Position numbers and translations under genes: made by a program. From a bacterium (GTDB lineage Bacteria; Zhuqueibacterota; Zhuqueibacteria; Residuimicrobiales; Krinioviventaceae): a DNA stretch of 64,000 nucleotides. The notes below the pieces were generated by a model that was given only the letters and a program-made list of their open reading frames with translations, was not told where the DNA came from and ran no database searches. The stretch is from contig CAXXMD010000003.1 of NCBI GenBank assembly GCA_963675755.2, positions 3,168,001-3,232,000 of the forward strand, written 5' to 3'. Of this stretch, positions 49,560 to 59,841 are shown piece by piece (within the stretch, counting starts at the first letter, position 1; each line of letters opens with the position of its first letter).

Positions 49560-50980
49560 TGATTATGAAAATTTTTAAATACATCCCGTTATTACTGATT
49601 GTTGCGTCTATTTCCTGTACCAAGGTGTTTGACGCGCCAACTGAGTTCTCCCTGTTTGGCAATGTAACCCTTGAGGATGAAACCGATTACAGCGGCATTA
49701 CCGTTGAGGTTTACAGCATGACGAAAATGGATACCGCGGTAACCAATCTTCAGGCACGGTTTCCCAGTGTGGGATTTCCCATTACCCAGGCAGCTATTTT
49801 TGATCACCGAGAGAAAACGCCTTTATACACCACAACAACGGATGAAAATGGTGACTGGTCAATCAATAAAATTGAAGAAGGCGAATACAATATTGTTGCT
49901 CGAAAGGCGGGGTATGGATGGAAGTATGTATACAATGTAACCGCCGCCACCGAAATGCCTGAAATAGAGCTCAAACCCGAGATTCGTATTGAAGGCACGC
50001 TTGACGCCTATACCGTCTGGGGCCCGGATCAGCATTATGTAGTAACCGGAGATATCACCGTACCCGAAAATGGTCAGTTGATTGTGGATAAGGGGACGGT
50101 AGTGCGTTTTGATGGGCAGTATGGGCTCACCAATTATGGTACTTTGAAAGCCACCGGAGAAGCGGATGCGTTTGTCTGGTTTACACATAATACGCCGGGG
50201 GAGGATGTGTATTGGAGGGGGGTTCTGACAAGTGATGAAAATGCTTCCTTAAGTATTATTTGGGCACATATAGACTATGCTGAAAATGGTATTGTTTTTC
50301 GAAATCAGAATAATAGTAGTACTATTCAAAATATAATAATTCATATGTGCAAACAAAGTGGTATTTTTCTTGCTAACGAAGGTCTTGGAAAAGTTAGTAA
50401 AAGTATAATTTGGGATTGTAGTCTAAATATAAAATTAGAAAGTAAATCTAATTTCGAATCAATATACAATCTAATTGCATGCAATGAAAAGGATCATTGT
50501 GATGGCATCTATTGCTCTGATTCAGAATTTATTTTAAGGGATAATTGTTTATACAATCTTAAAATTGGTGTTCAATTACTTTTTGAAAGTGATATAACAA
50601 TAGAATATAATTTTTTTAATAATTGTGAAATACCCTTAAAATTGGGTGGTTCTTATAGTAAACCTAAGTGTGTTGTTGAGAATAATACTTTTGTAGAAAC
50701 TATTTATAAAGTGATAGAACTACAAGGCGAGATAGACTACAGGATTTTATTCAACAATATATTTAAAAGTAAAGATGACTTGTTTATAACTGGTACTATT
50801 CCAACTGATGAAATGATCTATATTAGTAATAATTTTTGGGGAGTAACTAGTGTTGATGCAATTTTAAATATGATGAGTTTAAGTGATGCAGCGAATGGTA
50901 CATTACCAAAACAAAAATATAATATCGAACCAATATTGACTTCTGAAATTAAAAATTCTTACCCACGATATGATAATTAG
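49556..50980 (+). CDS. Lipoprotein with carboxypeptidase-regulatory-like Ig domain and right-handed beta-helix
   Basis: Lipobox SISC; TTTDENGDW...GEYNIVARKAGY; ITVPENGQLIVDKGT followed by parallel beta-helix repeats. Confidence 0.7.
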   Translation: MMIMKIFKYIPLLLIVASISCTKVFDAPTEFSLFGNVTLEDETDYSGITVEVYSMTKMDTAVTNLQARFPSVGFPITQAAIFDHREKTPLYTTTTDENGDWSINKIEEGEYNIVARKAGYGWKYVYNVTAATEMPEIELKPEIRIEGTLDAYTVWGPDQHYVVTGDITVPENGQLIVDKGTVVRFDGQYGLTNYGTLKATGEADAFVWFTHNTPGEDVYWRGVLTSDENASLSIIWAHIDYAENGIVFRNQNNSSTIQNIIIHMCKQSGIFLANEGLGKVSKSIIWDCSLNIKLESKSNFESIYNLIACNEKDHCDGIYCSDSEFILRDNCLYNLKIGVQLLFESDITIEYNFFNNCEIPLKLGGSYSKPKCVVENNTFVETIYKVIELQGEIDYRILFNNIFKSKDDLFITGTIPTDEMIYISNNFWGVTSVDAILNMMSLSDAANGTLPKQKYNIEPILTSEIKNSYPRYDN

Positions 50981-52217
50981 TAAAAGAATTAAAAATAATA
51001 TTATTGTTACAAATTCGCTCTACACTTTTTTAACTCAAGCTGCTAATTATATATTACCTGTTTTAGTTATACCTTATATTACACGTGTGTTGGGAAGTGA
51101 GAATTTTGGTAAAGTCGCATACACACAATCTCTATGTTTAATTTTATCATTAATTACGGATTATGGATTTACCCTATCCGCAACTCGAGATATTGCTCAA
51201 AATAAGAATAATATATCTTTAGTTAATAATATTGTAAATAATGTTATCAATGTTAAGATATATTTGATTTTTTTCTCATATGTTTTATTATTTTTGTTAT
51301 TTAATTTTACTTCTTTATTTAAAATATCATCTCCATATTATTATGTTTCGTTTTTATTGGTTTTATCTTATAGCGCAAATACAACTTGGTTTTTTTTAGG
51401 TATTGAGAAATTAAGATTCCCTACATTTATTGTAATATTATTTAAATTGTTTTTTGTAGTTTTGGTTTTTATTTTGGTTAAACAAAAAAATGATGGAGCA
51501 GTATATCTATTATTATTTGCTATTACAAATTTAATTGGGAATTTAATTAATAATATTTATATATATAAGAATTTAAAATTTAGATTTATAAAGTTAATTG
51601 ATTGTTGTATTATACTAAAAGAGTCGTTTAGTTTGTTTTTCTTTAAAGTTGCAGTTAGTTTATATACTAGTGCAAATAATTTTATTTTAGGTTCAATATT
51701 AGAACCATCACTTGTTGGAGTTTATGCTGGTGCAGAAAAATTAGTAAAAGCTATTGTTGGTTTGTGGATGCCATTGAGTAATGTGATTTACCCTCGGATT
51801 AATTATCTCTTAGCCAATAAACCCAAAGAAGCTCAAAAATTAATATTTAAAACTTTGATAATATATTTTTTTTCAAGTTTATTAATTACTATTTTGTTTG
51901 TTATTTTTGCTGATTTTTTTGTGAAATTATTTTTGGGTGAAAATTTTATTGATTCAATTCAAATCATGCAAGTTTTAGCTCCAATAATTGTATTAATAGC
52001 ATTAAGTAATGTAACTGGTATACTTTGGTTATTACCACGAAAAAAAGATAAGGAATTCAATACGATAATAGTTATTGCGGGGATCTTAAATATTTTGTTT
52101 GCTTTAATTTTAGTTAAATTATATGGTCCTCTAGGTATGGCATATTCAGTATTAATTGCAGAATCATTTGTTACATTATCAACAATTATTTTGTTTGCTA
52201 AAAGCTGGAGGTTGTAA
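50970..52217 (+). CDS. wzx: Polysaccharide flippase
   Basis: PYITRVLGSENFG, TDYGFTLSATRDIA, WFFLGIEK; many TM segments. Confidence 0.9.
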   Translation: MIISKRIKNNIIVTNSLYTFLTQAANYILPVLVIPYITRVLGSENFGKVAYTQSLCLILSLITDYGFTLSATRDIAQNKNNISLVNNIVNNVINVKIYLIFFSYVLLFLLFNFTSLFKISSPYYYVSFLLVLSYSANTTWFFLGIEKLRFPTFIVILFKLFFVVLVFILVKQKNDGAVYLLLFAITNLIGNLINNIYIYKNLKFRFIKLIDCCIILKESFSLFFFKVAVSLYTSANNFILGSILEPSLVGVYAGAEKLVKAIVGLWMPLSNVIYPRINYLLANKPKEAQKLIFKTLIIYFFSSLLITILFVIFADFFVKLFLGENFIDSIQIMQVLAPIIVLIALSNVTGILWLLPRKKDKEFNTIIVIAGILNILFALILVKLYGPLGMAYSVLIAESFVTLSTIILFAKSWRL

Positions 52218-53342
52218 ATGTTTGATTTTTTAATAGTTGGTGCGGGTTTCTCTGGTTGTGTTTTGGCAGAAAGAATTGCAACTAAGATGGATAAAAAAGT
52301 ACTTTTGATTGATAAATCAAATCATGTTGGTGGTCATTGCTATGATTATTTTGATCAAAATGGTATTTTAGTTCATAAATTTGGACCACATATTTTTCAT
52401 ACAAAAATGGAACATGTTTTTAGTTATTTATCTCAATTTACTGATTGGATACCATATTTTCATACAGTTTTAGGCGTTATAGAAGGAAAAACTGTTCCTA
52501 TTCCATTTAATTTGAATTCAATGGGAAAATTATTTCCCAAATTAGTTTCAAATAATTTAACCGATTTATTAGTGAAAAACTATGGAATGAATGTGAAAAT
52601 ACCTGTTTTGGAATTGAAAAAATCAACAAACAAAGAGTTGAAAGTATTAGCAGATTACGTTTATGAAAAAGTTTTTGAGGGATATACTTATAAGCAATGG
52701 GGGTTGAAACCTGAAGAATTAAGTCCTTCTGTAACTTCAAGAATACCAATATATATTAGTAAAGACGATAGATATTTCCAAGATAAATATCAATGTTTGC
52801 CAAAGGATGGTTATACAAATTTATTTAATAATTTAATCAGTCACAAAAATATTAAATTGTTATTAAATACTGATTATAATGAAATTAGTTCATTAGGTAT
52901 TAAATTTGATAAATTAATTTACACAGGACCTATTGATGAATTTTATGATTATCAGTATGGTGAATTGCCTTATAGAAGTCTAAATTTTAAATTTCAATTT
53001 TTAGATCAAAAAAAATTCCAAGATGTTGCCCAAATTAACTACCCCAATAATTATGCGTTTACAAGAATAACTGAATTTAAACATATGACAAAACAACGAT
53101 GTAAGGGCACTACAATAGTTTATGAATATCCTGTAGCTTATAATAAATCAACTAATTTACCTTATTATCCTGTACCTACTAACCTAAATAAAGAGTTATT
53201 TGAAAAATATAATTTAAAGGCTAAAAAAAGTGAAAATATTCTTTTTTTAGGGAGGTTAGCTGATTATAAATATTATAATATGGATCAAACTGTTGATAGA
53301 GCTCTAAACGTTTTTGAAAATATTTTAAGTTTGAATAGGTGA
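52218..53342 (+). CDS. glf: UDP-galactopyranose mutase
   Basis: IVGAGFSG, HKFGPHIFHT, LPYRSL, FTRITEFKH, GRLADYKYYNMD. Confidence 0.95.
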   Translation: MFDFLIVGAGFSGCVLAERIATKMDKKVLLIDKSNHVGGHCYDYFDQNGILVHKFGPHIFHTKMEHVFSYLSQFTDWIPYFHTVLGVIEGKTVPIPFNLNSMGKLFPKLVSNNLTDLLVKNYGMNVKIPVLELKKSTNKELKVLADYVYEKVFEGYTYKQWGLKPEELSPSVTSRIPIYISKDDRYFQDKYQCLPKDGYTNLFNNLISHKNIKLLLNTDYNEISSLGIKFDKLIYTGPIDEFYDYQYGELPYRSLNFKFQFLDQKKFQDVAQINYPNNYAFTRITEFKHMTKQRCKGTTIVYEYPVAYNKSTNLPYYPVPTNLNKELFEKYNLKAKKSENILFLGRLADYKYYNMDQTVDRALNVFENILSLNR

Positions 53343-53347
53343 TATTT

Positions 53348-54385
53348 ATGAATCAATATGTTTTACCATTACTTGAAAAAGAACCATTTGTTAGTGTAAT
53401 AATTGCAAATTATAATTATGAAGTTTATATAAAAGAAGCTATTCAAAGTGTGCTTGATCAGACTTATTCCAATTTTGAAATTGTTATTTGTGATGATGGT
53501 TCAACTGACGAATCAATTAAAAGTATCAAATCTTTTAGTGATAAGCGAATAAAATTGATTGTGCAAGAAAATGGTGGTATGGCATCAGCTTTAAACTCCG
53601 CATATAAAAATTCACATGGTTCTATTTTGTGTTTCTTGGATGCAGATGATTATTTTGGAAAGACTAAAATAGAAACTGTGGTTGAGAATTTTAAAAAATC
53701 AGGACAAACTGGTTTTGTTGTGCATCGAGTTATGAGAGTAAATGAATATGGTGAAGAACAAGGCATTTTGCCATTATTTTCAAAATTACCAAATGGTTAT
53801 TTAGCGAAGGAACTTCTAAGAAATGGAGGGATTATAAAAGAGTTGCCTCCTTGCAGTGGTCTTTCTTTACGAAGAGAAATAGCTGAATTATTATTTCCTT
53901 TAAATGAATCGTTTAAAACAAGTGCTGATGCTATAATTCAAAGAATTGCACCATTGATTACACCTATTTATTATATAAAACAATACTTGTCTTATTATAG
54001 ACTACATAATAATAATATAACATATAAGGGAAGTTTTAGTATTGATAAACATATAAAAGAAGGAAATATTTGGGAACAGCTTTGGAATGAACAAAATAAT
54101 TTTTTGAAAAAAAATAAATATGAGTTTAGATTTAATTCTTTAAAAAATAATTATAGTTATTGCATTCGTAACTACGTTCAATATAAAATTACTGGTGAAA
54201 AAGATAAAGAATTATATTATTTTAATTTAATGTTGAATAATAGTGAACATAAAAAGGAACCATTAATACGAAGATTTTACTGGTTAACAACACGAATTAT
54301 GTGGAAGAAATTGTTTGTAGTTACTTATAATTTTTATACAAAACAAAGTCAATTAAAAAGAATTTTAAGTAAATTAAATACATGA
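53348..54385 (+). CDS. Glycosyltransferase family 2
   Basis: VSVIIANYNY, CDDGSTD, FLDADD. Confidence 0.92.
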   Translation: MNQYVLPLLEKEPFVSVIIANYNYEVYIKEAIQSVLDQTYSNFEIVICDDGSTDESIKSIKSFSDKRIKLIVQENGGMASALNSAYKNSHGSILCFLDADDYFGKTKIETVVENFKKSGQTGFVVHRVMRVNEYGEEQGILPLFSKLPNGYLAKELLRNGGIIKELPPCSGLSLRREIAELLFPLNESFKTSADAIIQRIAPLITPIYYIKQYLSYYRLHNNNITYKGSFSIDKHIKEGNIWEQLWNEQNNFLKKNKYEFRFNSLKNNYSYCIRNYVQYKITGEKDKELYYFNLMLNNSEHKKEPLIRRFYWLTTRIMWKKLFVVTYNFYTKQSQLKRILSKLNT

Positions 54386-55518
54386 ATGAAATAAAAAAAA
54401 TTGCGATATTTCATTATACACTTATGAAAAATAATCCTTCAGGATTATGTATGATGAATTTAGTTAATTCAATTTCAACAAAATACCAAATATATATTTT
54501 TTCAAATATTTGTGATATTTCTGGAGAAAATATTGTACATGTTAGAATTCCACTACTTCGAAGACCAGTGTTTGTTATGTTTATTTTATTTCATCTTATT
54601 GCACCAATTTATTATTTTTTGTATACATTTTTTTATAATATTAATTTTAGTTTAAGAATTATTTCGGAAAATAATTTGTTTTTAGGTGATGTAAGTTATG
54701 TTCACTTTTGTCATAAAGAATTTTTAGAAAAACATTGGTCTGAAATTGAGCATTTTGGAGTTCGGAAATATTCGAATTACTTAAATCATAAAATACGAGC
54801 TTTTTTTGAACCATTTATTTATAGAAAGCTTGAAAATATAATTGTTCCATCAGAAGGTTTAAAAAGAGAACTTGTAAAACATTATCCGTTTACATTTAAC
54901 AAAATCAAAGTTATATCTAACCCTGTTGATATACATTACTTTAAACCAATAAAAAATGAGCTGTTAAATACACAATCAAATGAAGATTTGTGTACAGGTG
55001 TTTTTGTTGCATTAGGTAACTTTGAAAGAAAAGGATTGCCTTTATTATTAAATGCATTCCGTTTGATATCAGATAAAAAAATAGTTTTATTGGTAATTGG
55101 AGGTAAAAAAGATTTAATTAATCTTTATAAAAAAAAATACAGAGATTTACAAGATCGAGTTAGTTTTTTAGGTTTTCAAAGTGATATTAGAAAGTATTTG
55201 TGGGTATCTGATTTTTTTATTTTCCCAACAAGTTATGAGGTATTTCCACTCGTTGCACTAGAAGCAGCAGCTTCGGGTTTACCTCTTATTACAACTAGAG
55301 TTAATGGGATTGAAGAATTTGTTATCAATAATGAAAATGGTTTGTTTATTGAAAGAGATGCTGAGGATATTAAGGAAAAACTACTTAAATATTACAATAT
55401 GCCCAGAAGAAAAAAAGAAGAATTACGAATTAATGTATTAGATACAATAAAACGTTATGATATTATTAATTATAATAATAAAATTGAAAAATTTATTGCT
55501 GGTTTACTAAATGATTGA
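54382..55518 (+). CDS. Glycosyltransferase family 4
   Basis: RKGL; FPTSYEVFPLVALEAAASGLP (EX7E). Confidence 0.9.
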   Translation: MNEIKKIAIFHYTLMKNNPSGLCMMNLVNSISTKYQIYIFSNICDISGENIVHVRIPLLRRPVFVMFILFHLIAPIYYFLYTFFYNINFSLRIISENNLFLGDVSYVHFCHKEFLEKHWSEIEHFGVRKYSNYLNHKIRAFFEPFIYRKLENIIVPSEGLKRELVKHYPFTFNKIKVISNPVDIHYFKPIKNELLNTQSNEDLCTGVFVALGNFERKGLPLLLNAFRLISDKKIVLLVIGGKKDLINLYKKKYRDLQDRVSFLGFQSDIRKYLWVSDFFIFPTSYEVFPLVALEAAASGLPLITTRVNGIEEFVINNENGLFIERDAEDIKEKLLKYYNMPRRKKEELRINVLDTIKRYDIINYNNKIEKFIAGLLND

Positions 55519-56782
55519 TATAATAATAATTTCTACAATATTAATAATACTTCTACCTTTGAAATATAGTATTTATATTTGGATTTTGTTAACCAATTTC
55601 GATATTGCAGGTAGTACTTGGGAATCAGGCTCGTCTACAAATCTAATTAACTCAATAAGAATTTTGTTGCCTCCATTATTGATTTTTTTTAAAATTAGAA
55701 ATAAAAAAGCAATATTATACAATAATTTATATGAACATTTTAAAAAATATGAGAAAATTCTTGTTTTGATTTTTGTTTTGGTAATTTTTTCCTTTTTTTA
55801 TAAAGATAGTCATTTGTTATCTGGAATGAAATTCTTTGGTTACATTACTGTATTTCTTTTCCAATTTATTTTATTTGCCAGTTTTTGGTACTATAGAGTT
55901 ATTAATTTGAAAGGTATATTGGTTGTATTTTTTATTACAATCCTTATTGCAATAACGCAAACATTCTTTTTTAATCAAGGTTTTGGTGGTTATTCCGCTT
56001 TAAGATTTACTACATTTACTAGTCCTCAATCCTATGGTCAATTTCTCGTCGGTATTTTTTGTTTATTGTTGTTTTATGAAAAAATTTCACCAATTACACG
56101 AACAATATTATTGTCAATAGTACTCACAACTATTATTTTAACTGGAAGCAGATCTGCGCTGATTGGAATTATTGCTGCATATTTCATTTATATTATTATT
56201 CTTACTAGATTGAATTTTATTAAAATATTTTTATCATCAATATTAATTTTTGTTTTTACAATGTTTTCTTCAAATTATTTATTTAAATATGTAAGTAATC
56301 GTTTTCTTGAATTGTTTTTTGTAATTTCTTCTTATGATATTCAGAACGTATCTACATTTGCTTTTAGGCTAAGCTTATGGGATGTGATACTTGGTAATAT
56401 TCAGAAGAGTAGTTGGTTTGAGTTACTATTGGGACATGGTATTTCAAGTGGTTCTAAATTAGTACTACAAAATTTTTATAATTATACAACTAGCAATATT
56501 GATGGTAATCGGTTATTTCATAATGAATTCTTAAGAATAGTATATGAATTCGGTTTCAGTGGTTTATTGTTATTTTTAATTTTACTATTTTATTATATAT
56601 ATAATATATTAAAAAGTGAGAAAAATAGTTTCGGTTATTCAATTATAGCATTTTTGCCCTTCTTATTTTTAACTTTATTTGTTGAAAACATTTTGGCATC
56701 AAGTGGAAGCCCCGGGGGAATTATGATTGCTATGATTTTTACAAGTTTTTTCCATTTTAAAAACAATGAAGAATATTTATGA
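55511..56782 (+). CDS. wzy: O-antigen polymerase/ligase-family membrane protein
   Basis: About 11 TM segments; LTGSRSA, LLGHG, HNEFLRIVYEFG. Confidence 0.8.
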   Translation: MIDIIIISTILIILLPLKYSIYIWILLTNFDIAGSTWESGSSTNLINSIRILLPPLLIFFKIRNKKAILYNNLYEHFKKYEKILVLIFVLVIFSFFYKDSHLLSGMKFFGYITVFLFQFILFASFWYYRVINLKGILVVFFITILIAITQTFFFNQGFGGYSALRFTTFTSPQSYGQFLVGIFCLLLFYEKISPITRTILLSIVLTTIILTGSRSALIGIIAAYFIYIIILTRLNFIKIFLSSILIFVFTMFSSNYLFKYVSNRFLELFFVISSYDIQNVSTFAFRLSLWDVILGNIQKSSWFELLLGHGISSGSKLVLQNFYNYTTSNIDGNRLFHNEFLRIVYEFGFSGLLLFLILLFYYIYNILKSEKNSFGYSIIAFLPFLFLTLFVENILASSGSPGGIMIAMIFTSFFHFKNNEEYL

Positions 56783-57894
56783 AAAAAATAATGATTATTG
56801 GTCATTATGGTGGCGATAATGCTGGAGATGAATTGATGTTATATTCTATTATAGCTTCGTTGCTCCGTTTGTATCCCAACAGTCAATTATATATTATTGC
56901 AAAAAAAAAAATATCGCTTTATCATAAATTTAATAAATTAGAATTTTTTAAACCAAATTTAATAAAGATTATTCCTTTATTGTTTGAAAGCAATATGTTA
57001 ATTTTAGGTGGTGGAACTCATTTCCATGATGATTATAACAATAAAAGGTTAATTCGCCATTATTTCTATATGTTGAAAATATTATTGATATCATTTTCTT
57101 TTAAGATACAAAAGAAGAAAGTTTACTATTTAAGTGTTGGTGTAGGTCCAGTAAATAAACATTTGACTCGTTGGATTATAAATGTTGCAAATTTACTTTC
57201 TGATATGATTATTGTCCGAGATACTAGATCTTTCAAATATCTTCAATCTTTAAAATTGAAACAAGAAAATTTATTTTTCAATTTTGATATTTCTGTTTTA
57301 TCAATTATTTCAATTTTAAATCAAATAGAGGTTGAAAAGGATGATAAAGTATATGGTATTTCTCTAACTTCATTTGAATTTTCTGACCAAAAAATTGATG
57401 ATTCATATTGGTATGACTTTTTTTTCCCAATAATATTAAAATATTATCAAAATAATAATTGTAAATTTAAATTGTTTGCATTTCGTAGTGGTGTAAGAGA
57501 ATCTGATATCCCATTATGTAATGAATTATATAAAATGTTAAAAGAGTTTGATCCTGTACGTGTTGAATTGTTTATTTTTGAAAATAATATTGAGACTTTA
57601 CTAAAAGAAATTTATTTTTGTAAAAAATTCATTGCTTGTAGATATCATTCAGCAATTACTGCGTTTTGTGCAAAATGTGAATTGTTTATCATCCCTTATC
57701 ATCAGAAGTTGATTGATTTTGCATCTGATATTTCATTATTAGACCAATTTATACTTTCCCCTATAAATGATGAATGTAATAATGAAAAAAAAATATATGA
57801 TTTTTTCGATTCAAAAACTTATTTTGATTCACAAGAGTTAGTTAATAAAATATATATTGATACACAAAATATACTTAAATATTTTGAAGCTTAG
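56779..57894 (+). CDS. Polysaccharide pyruvyl transferase family protein
   Basis: GHYGGDNAGDE, LGGG, GVGP, VRD, RYHS. Confidence 0.88.
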   Translation: MKKIMIIGHYGGDNAGDELMLYSIIASLLRLYPNSQLYIIAKKKISLYHKFNKLEFFKPNLIKIIPLLFESNMLILGGGTHFHDDYNNKRLIRHYFYMLKILLISFSFKIQKKKVYYLSVGVGPVNKHLTRWIINVANLLSDMIIVRDTRSFKYLQSLKLKQENLFFNFDISVLSIISILNQIEVEKDDKVYGISLTSFEFSDQKIDDSYWYDFFFPIILKYYQNNNCKFKLFAFRSGVRESDIPLCNELYKMLKEFDPVRVELFIFENNIETLLKEIYFCKKFIACRYHSAITAFCAKCELFIIPYHQKLIDFASDISLLDQFILSPINDECNNEKKIYDFFDSKTYFDSQELVNKIYIDTQNILKYFEA

Positions 57895-57913
57895 TTAAAC
57901 TTAAATTTATTTT

Positions 57914-59086
57914 ATGAAAAAAATTGCTGTAATAATACAAACTCCGACTTATGGTGGCCCTCATAATCAAGTTTTTAGATTGTATGAACCATTGAAGCAG
58001 AATGGGTGGGAAACAATATTGATTATGACGAATGAAGCTGGTAGAGGTATTGACAAATTTGATGATTTAGGCATTTCTATATATCAATTATCTCTACATA
58101 GGTTACGGAAGAAGTTAAACCCAATTTATCATATTAAATATATGTATCATTTTATTGCTGAAGTGAAAAATATTAAGAATATTTTGTTGGATAATAAAAT
58201 TGATATAGTACAAATTTGTGGTTTAATGAATTTTCAAGCTGCTTTTGCTGCACATAGCTTAAACATTCCTATTGTTTGGCAATTATTAAGTAATTTTGCA
58301 CCAAAACCGCTTCGAATTATTTTCACACCGATAGTTCAATTTTTTGCAAATTCTGTTATGACAACTGGGCATGAAATAGCTCGGCAACATCCTGGAATCT
58401 TATCAAAGAGCGAAAAACTGTTTGAATTTTTTCCACCTGTTGATACTATAGAATTTACAAATTCAGTGCAAAAAAAGATTTATGCTCGGAAATTGTTAGG
58501 TATTGAGGAAAACTCTTTTGTAATTGGCACGTTAGGTAATCAATGTAACCAAAAAGGTCATGACTATTTCATTCAGATTGCTAGAAAATTAAAAAAGATC
58601 AATACTGATTTTAAGTTTGTAATATTGGGAACTCGTGTTATAACAGAAGTGAAACATTATAATAGATCAGTAATTCAGATTGCTCAAAAATATAAATTAT
58701 TTGAAAAAAATTATTTAAAGATTATTGAACCAACAAATAGAGTTTCTGATTTGATTGCTGCGTTTGATGTTTTCGTACTAACTTCTAGGGCAGAAGGTGT
58801 TCCTACTGCTTTATTAGAAGCTATGTCAATGGGTCTTATTGTAGTTGCTAATGATGTAGGTGCAATTAGTGAAATTATTAGTAATAATGAAAATGGTTTT
58901 TTGATTTCAAAAATTGATATTTCAGAATATGCTCAAATTATCCAAAATATATATGAAAATAGTAATAAATTTATGAGAGATAATGCAGTTTTGACTGCTC
59001 AAAAAAAATTTAGTATTGAAGCATGTGTGAAAACACATATTCAAGCATATAATTATGCAATATCAAATAATCATGAAAAAAGTTAA
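57914..59086 (+). CDS. Glycosyltransferase family 4
   Basis: QKGH; FVLTSRAEGVPTALLEAMSMG. Confidence 0.9.
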   Translation: MKKIAVIIQTPTYGGPHNQVFRLYEPLKQNGWETILIMTNEAGRGIDKFDDLGISIYQLSLHRLRKKLNPIYHIKYMYHFIAEVKNIKNILLDNKIDIVQICGLMNFQAAFAAHSLNIPIVWQLLSNFAPKPLRIIFTPIVQFFANSVMTTGHEIARQHPGILSKSEKLFEFFPPVDTIEFTNSVQKKIYARKLLGIEENSFVIGTLGNQCNQKGHDYFIQIARKLKKINTDFKFVILGTRVITEVKHYNRSVIQIAQKYKLFEKNYLKIIEPTNRVSDLIAAFDVFVLTSRAEGVPTALLEAMSMGLIVVANDVGAISEIISNNENGFLISKIDISEYAQIIQNIYENSNKFMRDNAVLTAQKKFSIEACVKTHIQAYNYAISNNHEKS

Positions 59087-59828
59087 AGTATTAAATATTC
59101 TAGTTAACCCCCTGAATCTCAAATCAGGCGTAAATTCCATCCGCACCCGGATTGCTGAGCAGGGCAAAGGCTATGTGACAGTGACCGGAGTGCATGGCGT
59201 AATGGAGTCGCTGAGGCGTCCTGAGGTGCGTGACGCGCACCGGGCAGCCTGGCTGACTGTTCCTGACGGTATGCCGCTGGTGTATATTGGCAGAATGTTC
59301 GGCCATAAAGAAATAGACCGCTGTTATGGTCCGGATCTGATGCTGGCGGTTATGGAAGACTCGGTGAAACACGGCTATACCCATTATTTCTACGGCGGAC
59401 AAGAAGGCCGCGCCCAGGAGCTAAAGCAGGCAATGGAGCAGAGGTTCCCCGGTGTCAAGATCGTCGGTACCTATACACCACCGTTTCGTCCCCTGAACGA
59501 GCAGGAAAAGCAAGAGCTGATTGACCAGGTTAGACAGCTCAAACCCCATATTGTTTGGGTAGGACTGTCCACACCCAAGCAAGAGCTGTTTATGCACGAG
59601 TATATGCCCCTGTTGGATACCAACGTTATGATTGGTGTGGGTGCTGCGTTCGACTTTCATACCGGTCATATCAAAAGCGCTCCCCACTGGATGCAGCGTT
59701 CGGCGTTAGAGTGGGCGTATCGGGTATATCAGGAACCACGCCGCCTATGGAAGCGGTATTTCGTGAATAATCCATTATTTATTTGGAATTTTACGTTACA
59801 ATTGCTTAAATTACGAAAATACGATTGA
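59073..59828 (+). CDS. WecB/TagA/CpsF family glycosyltransferase (GT26)
   Basis: PDGMPLV, GPDLM, WVGLSTPKQE, GVGAAFDF, EPRRLWKRY. Confidence 0.93.
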   Translation: MKKVKVLNILVNPLNLKSGVNSIRTRIAEQGKGYVTVTGVHGVMESLRRPEVRDAHRAAWLTVPDGMPLVYIGRMFGHKEIDRCYGPDLMLAVMEDSVKHGYTHYFYGGQEGRAQELKQAMEQRFPGVKIVGTYTPPFRPLNEQEKQELIDQVRQLKPHIVWVGLSTPKQELFMHEYMPLLDTNVMIGVGAAFDFHTGHIKSAPHWMQRSALEWAYRVYQEPRRLWKRYFVNNPLFIWNFTLQLLKLRKYD

Positions 59829-59841
59829 AAGGGGCTGAATA

